From Welwitschia mirabilis (lineage: Eukaryota): a DNA stretch of 20,000 nt. The stretch's first letter is position 1. Each line of letters starts with the position of its first letter. Below are positions 10,633 to 20,000 of the stretch, one piece after another. The position numbers and the translations under genes are program-made. The DNA is taken from assembly GCA_051453625.1 (NCBI GenBank), contig JBOZIK010000001.1, positions 48,446,442-48,466,441 on the forward strand. The letters are read 5' to 3'. Below the pieces are notes generated by a model, which saw only the letters and a list, made by a program, of their open reading frames with translations, was not told where the DNA came from and did no database searches.

Positions 10633-13600
10633 TCAATTGGAGGATAGTAACAGAATCCCTAGATTACATCAAAGGTTTATAAATTTTCCAAAGATCAGGG
10701 GTTTTGTAAAGATATCAGCTAGTTGGTACTTAGTGGTTATGAAATTCATAGAAATATTGTCTTTTTCAACTTGATCTCTAACAAAATGATGGCTAAGTTC
10801 GATATGTTTAGCATAAGAATGCCAAATAGGATTTTTTGATATATTAATTACACTATTGTTATCACAAAAATGGGTACCTAATCATAGTTAATCTTAAAAT
10901 CCTTGAGCATTTCCTTCATGTACATAAAATGGGTACAACAACTTCCTGCTACTATATATCCTGCTTTTGCTATGGAAAGAGAAATAGAATTTTGTTTCTT
11001 ACTTGCCTGTCCTACCAAACATGATCTAAGAAAGAAGCAATTTCCACTTGTGCCTTTTTGGTTGTCCTTGCATCTGACCCAATTTGCATCACTAAATTCT
11101 ACAAGTGCTAAATATATTCCTTTGGGATAACATGTCCCATAATCACTAGTATCTTTTATATGTCTTATGATTATTTTGACAGCTTAGAGGTGAGAATCCT
11201 TGGGGTTTACTTAATATCTACAACACGCAGCCACACTAAACATTATATTAAGTCTAATAATTGTTAAATATAATAAGATTTCTATTATGCTCTTATAGAA
11301 TTTTTGATCGATTGATTTCTCGTGATCATTAAGACTAATTTTACATGATGTTGACATAAGCGTGGTGGTTGATTTTGCATTCTTAAGCCCAAATCGCTTT
11401 ACCAACTTCTTATCATACTTTGATTGAGAAATGAAAGTGCCTTAATTAGTTTGTCTAATTTGAAACCTCAGGAACATACTTGCTTCTTCTAGCATATTCA
11501 TCTCAAAATGAGTTATCATGATGTTAGACAACTCTTTTGAGAGTTCCTCCTTTGAAGCCCCAAAAATTATATTATTAATATAAATCTAAATAATAATAAA
11601 GTCTTGCCTAGTTTTCTTGAAAAAGATATTTTTATTTACAGCTCCCTGGTTATAACCACTATCCTCAAAAAAAGTTGTTAATTTTTCATACCATGCCATA
11701 TGGGCCTATTTCATCTATATAAGGCCTTTTTGAGTCTATAGACATGGTTTGGTTTATGAGAATCTGTGAAATCTCTTGGTTGTTCCACATATACCTCTTA
11801 ATTGAAAATACCATTCAAGAAAACACTGTTTATATCCATTTGGAAAACTTTAATGTTTTTAAAGATTGCAAATGAAAGAAACATTAGATTGCTATCTAGT
11901 CTAGCTATGGGAGAAAATGTGTATCCTACATCAATCCTGTCAATCTGATTGTAATATTGAGCAACTAATCTTGCCTTGTTTTTAATCCTATTATTATGTT
12001 CATCAAATTTATTCTTAAAACCCCAATTTGTTTTAATCACATTTTGATTCTTAAGTCTTTCCACTAACTTCCAAACATCATTTCTTTTAAATTGTTATAA
12101 CTCCTCTTGCATTATCATCATTCACTCCTCATGACCTTCAGCCTCTTCATATTTCTTAGGTTCAACTTGAGATAAATAGCAAATGTGAGCACAAAAATTT
12201 TTCATAGAATTTCTAGCGTGCATCCTTGAGTTCGCTTCTCCAATAACTAATAAAGAGGGTAATATTTTAGTTCTTTGAAATGCTTGGGAGTTGATTCTTG
12301 TGTTGTGTCATTTTCCTTTCTATGTGTAACTTCCTTGTTGGTTGTGATATTTTGAGAGAGATCTTCTTCATCACTTGTAGGAATAAGTTTGGGACTGTTG
12401 TCATCAATTTGGACATTTATGGATTCTTCCATTATTAAACTTCATTTGTTGAAGACCCTATAAGCTCTACTTCTCATTGAGTATCCAAGAAAACTTACTT
12501 CATCTACCTGAGACTTGAATTTGCTTAAATATCCTCTATCTTTCAAAATAAAGTACTTACTTCCAAAGACTTTAAAATAAGACATATTTGGTTTTTTCCT
12601 TTCCATAGCTCATAGGGAGTTTTATCCATGCTAGGTTTTAAATATACTTTATTAATAATATAACATGCATTGCTTATTGTTTTAGTCCAAAAGGTTTTGG
12701 GTACCTCCTTATCATTTAGCATTGTTCTTGCCAGTTCTTAAACGACTCTGTTTTTCCTTTTTATTAACCCATTTTGTTGTGAGGTTTTTGGCACTAAAAA
12801 CTCATGTTCTATTCAATTTTCCACACAATATTTTTCAAAAATATGGTTTTTAAATTCTCCTCCATGATCACTTCTAATTTGTTTAATAGTGTACCCCTTT
12901 TTCATTTTGAATTTGATTGCAGATTTCAACACATCTTTTGAAAGCTTCAACCTTGTTTCCTAAGAAAGCAATTCAAGTGAACTTAGAGTAGTCATCCACC
13001 ATTGTCAAAAAAATATCTTTTTCCTGCTAGGCTTTTAGTTTGATAAGGATCTACCAAGTCCATATGAATAAGTTCAAGGGCATTGTTGTGGAGATTAAGT
13101 TTTTACTTTTATGGGAGGTCCTTATTTGTTTTCCTTTTTAGCATGAATTACATAACGCATGTTTACTAATATGGATGTTAAAAATCCTTCTTATGATTTT
13201 CTTTTTAATGATGGTCTTAAGTTGATCATAGTTGACATGACCTAAATATTGGTGTCATAACTCTTCTTGATTTACATGTGAAAAATGACAGACAGAAGAG
13301 GGTTGATCAATACTATAAACATTGTCTATTATATTTGCTTTAATAAGAACCTCATTTGTTCTACCATGTCTAACCTCACATTTTTTACAATAAAAAATAA
13401 CTCTATAAACTTTTAAACAAATTTGAGTAATACTAAGCAAATTACATTTAAGACTATTTACATATAAAACTTCATTAATTTTAGGCATGTTACCTCTACC
13501 AATGCTTCCAATGCCTTCAATTTTTTCCTTTCTGTCATCACTGAATGTCACTTTTCATCCATCAAAATCGTCAAAGTATTAGAATCTTGATTTGTTACTT

Positions 13601-15288
13601 GTCATATGGTGAGAGCACCCACTATCCAAGCACCAACAAATTCTACTGCTAGCTTTGAAAGCTGTTTGAATCAATAAGCTTTTCAAATTATTCGCCCTTA
13701 TCCACTCAGTCCTTTTGAACTATTTTGGTATAGAAATTTTAGGAATAAATTTTAAAGACAAAATGACTTGAAAAAAGCATAACCTCCCATTTGCAAAATG
13801 ATTTTGAGTGACCTAATTTTTCATAAAAATGAAAGGTAATTTATGAAATGAAATTGTTATTTTTCCATGTTACTTAATCAGAAGAAGTGGTAGTTTTGAG
13901 GAAGTGAATCCAATACCTCTTTTGTCATGGACCGATTTTCTTATTTTAAGCATCTATTCCAATTTACTAGAACTATTAGAAAATTTACTTATAAAATGAG
14001 ACAAACTTTTAACCTCTTGAATTAGCTCCACATTATCCATTTAAATTTTTGTATAGTTGGCCTTCAAGACTTCCTTTTCCTTGTTTAGAGACTTTATTAA
14101 TTTGTTTAGGTTGTTTATTTGTTTAGCTAGCTTTTTACATTCTGAATATAGCTCTTCACAGGTGTCTTCGAATTCTCCTTCTCCTTCCCCTATGATATCT
14201 AAATCATCTAGTTTGGTTGAACAAGGCACCTTATTTAAGGGAGGAACTGTTGTCATGAAAGAAAGTCTTCTATCTCCCTCTTACTTTTGACTAAACCTTT
14301 TGTCTTCTTCCTCATCTACATTATCCCAAGTAGCAATAAAAGATGGTTTTTTGGATTTTCTTTAATCCGTTTTGTTATTAGGACACTCATTTGTAACATG
14401 TTTATATCGTTTACAGGCATAGCACTAGATCTCCTTTGCTTTCTCTTGATCTCTCCTTAGCTCGGATTGATCCCTTCTAGATCCCTTGCTTGATTCCCCA
14501 TCTTTTTTTTTCCTATGCAAGAATTTTTTTGAATCTTCTTACTAGCAATGAAACCTCATCCTTATCAAAGTCATCATCTAATCTTTTAAATTTGGCTTCC
14601 TCTTGCACACTTTTCAATGTAAGATTTTTTTTTTTTATCTTTAAGAAACTTTAGTTCATAAGTTTGAAGATTACATTACAGTTCATCTAGGGCCATCTAG
14701 TTAATGTTCTTACTTTTTCAATGACAGTGATCTTTGGCTCAAAATGCTTTGGAAGGAATCTTAGGACATTTCTTACCACTTTTGCTTCATCCATCTTTTC
14801 TCCTAGGCTTGTCGTTGAGTTCACTATATCTGTCAGTCTGGCAAAATACTTTTGAAGTGTTTCTTCCTCCTTCATACGAATGTCTTCGAACTTGAAGATG
14901 AGCATCTACAAGTTTGCCTATTTTACGGTACATGTACCTTCATGAGATATTTCAAGAATGTCCCATGCTTCTTTGATAGATTCATAATTTACAATCTTCT
15001 TAAATTCTTCTATACAAGCTGCACAAAAAATAGCATTAAGAGCATGGGCATCTAGAGTTGTCTTAGCCTTATTAATAGGAGTTCTCTCAGTTTCACAATG
15101 GTCTTCGTGTTTCCACTACTATCCGTTTTGGTCATCGTAGGTTGTTCATATCCATTGTAAATAAACTCTTCTATGTCAACATTAAGGGACCTAAGGAAAA
15201 TTATCACGCCCTTTTTCGAATAAGCATAGTTTGTTCTATGAAACAGTAGTGGTATTCCAGTAAAGAATCCATCTAAAGGGTTACTCAT
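10633..15288 (-). pseudogene. Sirevirus gag-pol polyprotein, many stops and frameshifts
   Basis: Start 'MSNPLDGFFTGIPLLFHRTNYAY' (15288); gag 'FEDIRMKEEETL...KVVRNVLRFLPKHFEPKITVIE'; zinc knuckle CYACKRYKHVTNEC (~14383-14424); coiled coil (ORF 14041-14256); second degenerate knuckle (~13793-13835); protease WCLDSGCSHHMT (~13600-13635); integrase LGHVNY, IRSDHGGEFKN, FLGYSMRSRAYRVFN; RT KARLVAQ and QMDINSVFLNG; RNase H QLADIFTKPL; stop near 10633. Confidence 0.95.
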
Positions 15289-15339
15289 GGCTAGGGTTAT
15301 AAGTCAACATCTATTAGAATCTACTACTAACTCAACTTA

Positions 15340-15351
15340 TCTTTGATACCA
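15340..15351 (-). other. Primer-binding site, tRNA-iMet type (TGGTATCAAAGA versus canonical TGGTATCAGAGC)
   Basis: Starts 2 nt after the CA end of the 5' LTR on the minus strand; 10/12 match to the canonical iMet PBS. Confidence 0.85.
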
Positions 15352-15353
15352 GA

Positions 15354-16984
15354 TGAAGGGTTTACAAACCCTTAAGAGGGGTGTTTTGGGAGGCGTGGGG
15401 GAAGGGTTGGTGTGTTAATAGGTTTTGCAAAACAAAATTACACTTATAAACATTCACATGAAAATAACAATATATATGAAAAAGAGACAAGATAATATCA
15501 AATGAATTTTAATGAATAAAAGCACAAGAAAATAATTGAAATGAAAATACCTAAGAAGTGTATCAAACAAACGATTTATGGTGGTTTGGAAAAAATCACT
15601 ACTCCACTCTTGGCTATTAGCTTTAATCCAAAGTTGATTCAAATCCTTATTGCTTTCTTTCCAAGGTTCTAGGTCAACTTGTNNNNNNNNNNNNNNNNNN
15701 NNNNNNNNNNNNNNNNNNNNNNNNNNNNNNNNNNNNNNNNNNNNNNNNNNNNNNNNNNNNNNNNNNNNNNNNNNNNNNNNNNNNNNNNNNNNNNNNNNNN
15801 NNNNNNNNNNNNNNNNNNNNNNNNNNNNNNNNNNNNNNNNNNNNNNNNNNNNNNNNNNNNNNNNNNNNNNNNNNNNNNNNNNNNNNNNNNNNNNNNNNNN
15901 NNNNNNNNNNNNNNNNNNNNNNNNNNNNNNNNNNNNNNNNNNNNNNNNNNNNNNNNNNNNNNNNNNNNNNNNNNNNNNNNNNNNNNNNNNNNNNNNNNNN
16001 NNNNNNNNNNNNNNNNNNNNNNNNNNNNNNNNNNNNNNNNNNNNNNNNNNNNNNNNNNNNNNNNNNNNNNNNNNNNNNNNNNNNNNNNNNNNNNNNNNNN
16101 NNNNNNNNTTAATCCAAAGTTGATTCAAATCCTTATTGCTTTCTTTCCAAGTTTCTAGGTCAACTTGTAACTTTTACAAGTGGACTTTTGAGGCTCAGTC
16201 TCAACCTTTACAGAGCAAAGCTTTTGTTGAGGATAGTATGCCTGAATGCATTAGATTCACCATATCTAGAGTACATCGAAGATGGAATACACTGCTAGAA
16301 AAGAAGTTCACAAGTGTAGGCTCATATAGTACAGCAGATTCTTTTTGACTAATGAATATCAACAATACTAATCTAGTTTCCTTTTTGAAAACAACTGGTA
16401 TCAAAGATTTCTATTCTTTTGGCTTAAATAGGAGAAAAAGTTTTACATTAAAAAATAAATCTGACACTTCAATGACTAGGTCTGACAAAATTAATTGCTA
16501 GAAAATATTCTAAGAAGTTTCGTTTCTGTTATGACCAGTCAATCCCTCGAAATGTCTGGTCAACCTGATTGTTTGCTGATACTGAAATCAGTCGACCCCA
16601 TTTTCTTTTGGTCGATCCGATTGTCTTACATGACATGGTCTGGTCGACCTCATCCATCATCCAGTCAACCACCTTTGTCTAGGTCCAGTTAATCCCTTAT
16701 AGAGTCTAGTCGGCCTCACTTAATTTTTAACAGTTTTCTTTATCCTAGGTCTGGTCGACCCCTCATGGAATCCATTCACCCACTTTTGTTCAAGTCTAAT
16801 CAACCCCTTATAGAGCTTGGTTGACCCCTCATCAATTTTGATAGTTTTCTGGGGACGAGTGAGATTTGGGGAAAATATTGATTTACTTCTAACCTACAAA
16901 ACTTTATTAACCTGAAATATGTGCAACATTATAAGCTATACCAAGTATGTTAGTTTGACATCAATTTGGCAATATAACTTAATA
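15354..16984 (-). repeat. 5' LTR of the Sirevirus (about 1145 bp once the N gap and 60-bp overlap are removed)
   Basis: Homologous to 7611-8729. On the + strand it starts TGAAGGGTTTACAAACCC and ends AATATAACTTAATA (versus AACTTAACA in the other LTR). Confidence 0.92.
15683..16108. other. Assembly gap (426 N)
   Basis: Run of N flanked by a duplicated 60-bp sequence. Confidence 1.
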
Positions 16985-17752
16985 CTATTTGTTCCACTTT
17001 GACTCTTCCTATAAGATGACACTAATATTCACCTTAAAGTTGATCAACATTTTCACGAAGTAACATTTTGCCCAAAGTGTTTTTAGTACTCTTAGATACC
17101 TTAAATCTAGTGGAGTCTACCTTTTGGGCTTTTGGAGTTTATGGGAATTACTTATTTTTTAAATAGTATGAGATCTAAAATATTTGAGTTATGCTTTTTT
17201 TGCATTTTTTAAAAACCTACACAACTATCCTGAAACAAATCATAATAGGTGATATATGACTAATGATGCCTTAATTCTCTAGCCTAGCAAAATGTCCCTT
17301 TATAAAGATTAGGAAGATTTTTTTCATCCTATAAAAAAAAAATCCTAGTTAACTAAAATTTTTTGGAACGTTGTCCATCAAAACAAAACTTTTTCCTAAT
17401 TAACTAAAAATTTCTTAGGAGGTCGCCCATTGCAATATTGCTTTACTACTAGCATCCTTAATTATGGATTTCTTCTTAGCCTTATACCATTTTTGTTATT
17501 AGTGTAGTTATGTTAGATACATAAAACATGCTTGAGGAATCATGCTTTCAGCTTCACCCTTACCTTGAGAAACCCAAATTTGGCCTCCAAAAACTTCATC
17601 TATGACCATAGGTGAAGTGTGTCTATTGCAACTTCATTAAATGTTTTTTAAGAATGAATTTTGTTAAGCTCCTTAATCTTAAGTTTCTTTAATTCCTAGC
17701 TTCTTCAGTGGTTAATCCTAGATGTCATAGCAGTCGTTCCTCTGATACTACA
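16985..17752 (-). mobile_element. 5' part (PBS, leader, gag start) of the older Copia element interrupted by the Sirevirus
   Basis: PBS-like TAGTATCAGAGG on the minus strand (17739-17750), same orientation as 5400-7610 and contiguous with it across the TSD. Its LTR could not be delimited. Confidence 0.55.
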
Positions 17753-17799
17753 TTAGTTGAAGGTGATATTAGTTAATCTAATCAATAAAAAGTTGAGGG

Positions 17800-18360
17800 A
17801 AAAGAGAATTATTGAAAAGCAACTAGAGATACTTATCAGTCAAGCAAAATGCAAACCAAATGTGGTTGAAACAAGGTAAGATACAACTACAACGATGAAA
17901 TATTTGAGAAGAAGTTTTCAATTCTGTTTCTAAGCAATTACAAAAAGTTGTTAAGTAGAAATTGATAGAAAAACTATGGGGAGATGTGAGAGGGGAAAAA
18001 TATTATTTGAATCACATAAAAGGTAGTTTGGCTGCAAAAAAACACCTATCTACATGATTCAATCCATTTGCAGGTGAGGCATTTGTAGGACTGGAATGGG
18101 CTCTCACTATTTTAAAGTTGAAACAAGGACATTGTTGCAAATTGCTTGAGAGTAGTAAGTAGTTCCTTCATTGGATCCAATTTGCCCACTTGTGTCAACT
18201 TTGCATGCAAAATAGCATTGAAGATAAACATATTTTTCTGAAATGCTCCAAAACATCTTCCACTAGATAAAAATGCGGTATTAGGGTCCAATCCTTAGTC
18301 CAACTTTTCTAATTGCCATTACATACTTTGGGTCATTACTTTGATGAAAATTTCCATTAC
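17800..18360 (+). pseudogene. L1-like LINE ORF2 C-terminal fragment (zf-RVT zinc-binding region)
   Basis: 'CQLCMQNSIEDKHIFLKC' at 18193-18246 fits the CxxC-x8-H(I/L)FxxC motif of plant L1 ORF2. Boundaries are approximate. Confidence 0.6.
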
Positions 18361-18664
18361 CATGTCATGTACATTTTTTAGGTTTAATAGATCCAATAAC
18401 AATGTAATAAACTTTCAACTTCAGTTTCAAAAATGGGAATAAACAATGCGAACTCAAACATGCATAAATCAATTTGCTTGAAAAAGCACAATGATGCATT
18501 TCAAATAACTTGTACAATAAACTAGAGGACAACAAGGCATGTAAAAGGGGGTTAGGAAAAAAAACATATGGGAAGAGAGAAAGAGAGTGATATATGCGCA
18601 TGCAAAAAGTGTAAAAGCAATCATGCTAAAGAATCATCGCAAGTGCACACAAGAAAGAATACAA

Positions 18665-19815
18665 CAGTTTAAGAATGATGCTATGCACTTGCATCCTGGT
18701 TTCGAGAGTTTTTTCCTTTTGTAATAATCTTCTTGCTTCTCATGCCATTAAAACCCTTTTCACCAACAAGTTGGTGCCCTCTTCTACTTTTGCGCTTTTT
18801 TTTATCCTAGCTGGCTTGCTCCTTTTATTTTAGTGAAACATTGCATTTCCATAGGTACACTTGTTTGTGTGCACAATCATAGGATTTGTGTTCACTTTCT
18901 CCACAATTGAAGCAAATGGAAGGGTTTCCTTCTACGTTTACCTCTTTTCCTTGTTTCTCTTTCCTCCAAGAAAGAAGATTCTTCTGCGTTTGTCCCTTTT
19001 CTCTTTTATCAATCTAGTGAATCTCCTTGACCCTAGCCTCTTCCATATCCTACTCTTCTTAATTTGCTTTCTTGATTCCCTTTTTGTTTATCCTCTAGTC
19101 TTGAAGCATAAAGATGTACTCCATTTAAGGTTCTAAGGGTACACAAATCCATCTTTTGGGATGGCAAATCTCAACTCATTAATAACCCTTGCAATTCCTT
19201 CTTCTGCATCTCCAATGTGGCTAGCATGAATGACACGTTGATGAAATACTTCCATATATGTTTTAGTAGTCTTATCTTGTTGCTTCAAAGTGTGCATATT
19301 TCTAATTGCATCAGCTTTGTATGTTGGAAGAAGAACTCTTCCTACATATTTCCCCTCATGGTTTCCCTATCTTGGATTGAGTAAAATCTCTATTTTTGTG
19401 CAATCTCCTTCTTCCATTGCTTGCCAAATGGCTACTTCTCCTTTCAATTTTCCCTTTGCAAATGGAACTCTATTTACTTCCTCTATATCCTATCTATCAA
19501 AATGCTTTTCCATACATTGAATCCAATCTATAAGGATTTTAGGTTCCATACTGTATCATAAAGTAATACCTCCATAGTGGTTCTACTGCCCAATCTTGCC
19601 CAAGCTTTCACCATCTCTTCTTGTGTTATTTGAAAAATTTCAAAGGATCTTCTTACAGACTTTTTTATTTTCTTTTCTTCCTTGCTTTCATCTTCCCAAT
19701 TATTGCTACTACTTCTTGGATTTATAGATATCTCTAGAATCTCTCCAAGATTCATTTTCTTTGTCATCTTCATGACAACCACTATGACCTCATTCTTCCA
19801 TTCTTGTGTTCTCAT
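18665..19815 (-). pseudogene. Ty3/Gypsy gag fragment (CRM/chromovirus-like), truncated before the protease active site
   Basis: 'MEPKILIDWIQCMEKHFDR*DIEEVNRVPFAKGKLKGEVAIW' and 'LPTYKADAIRNMHTLKQQDKTTKTYMEVFHQ...IARVINELRFAI' (Retrotrans_gag-like); zinc knuckle CFNCGESEHKSYDC (~18873-18914). Confidence 0.8.
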
Positions 19816-19931
19816 TTCTAAGTTTGCACACCCTTCTTTCCTGGTTTTTTCTTAGATATCTTTGCAACACTACTGCAAAGTCTTATATTACTCTCTCCTT
19901 TGACACGTCTTAGCAATCTTAAAATCCTAAC

Positions 19932-20000
19932 TGTTAGAAAAATGCAGCAGAGCAAAAGCAAAATGCAAATATCAACACACCAGATTTACGTGGAAAACCC
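19932..20000 (-). mobile_element. Edge of another LTR (Copia-like), continuing beyond the window
   Basis: Begins TGTTAG on the + strand. The reverse complement GGGTTTTCCACGTAAATCTGGTGTGT...CTAACA resembles U5 ends of plant Copia LTRs. No PBS is adjacent, so it is a 3' LTR or solo LTR. Confidence 0.6.

Larger units (their letters stand above)
7611..16984 (-). mobile_element. Full-length Sirevirus (SIRE/Maximus-lineage Ty1/Copia LTR retrotransposon) with env-like ORF, inactivated
   Basis: Paired LTRs (7611-8729, 15354-16984); flanks CCATT (7606-7610) and CTATT (16985-16989); PBS 15340-15351; PPT 8730-8742; Copia order gag-PR-INT-RT-RH; extra ORF after pol; C-rich signal at the LTR end; palindromic repeated motifs; inverted-repeat arms around the PPT/LTR junction. 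Confidence 0.93.

Noticed and set aside
15454..16158. Three long ORFs (224, 157 and 159 aa) in the ORF track
   Set aside because: They are artefacts of translating through the N gap inside an LTR.

Overview
AT-rich eukaryotic, plant-like DNA made almost entirely of decayed, nested retroelements; no host gene is supported. The centrepiece is a structurally complete but inactivated Sirevirus (SIRE/Maximus-lineage Ty1/Copia) on the minus strand at 7611-16984. It has two ~1.1 kb LTRs, a 5-bp TSD (CCATT/CTATT), an iMet-type PBS, a PPT, a broken gag-pol and a broken env-like extra ORF. It sits inside an older Copia element (~5400-7610 and 16985-17752). Around these are further remnants: two opposed Copia pol fragments (3136-5155), L1-like LINE remnants (1-2400, weak; ~17800-18360), a Gypsy (CRM-like) gag (18665-19815) and the edge of another LTR (19932-end). 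The most interesting observations are: (i) a perfect 14-nt complement of the element's own PBS next to the predicted LTR transcription start; (ii) a ~20-21 bp phased array of GTCGAC-core palindromes plus a TATA box in front of the env-like ORF, mirroring the LTR promoter; (iii) a 426-N gap that appears to be an assembly artefact. I see no convincing wholly new system. All calls are by-eye motif recognition without database searches.
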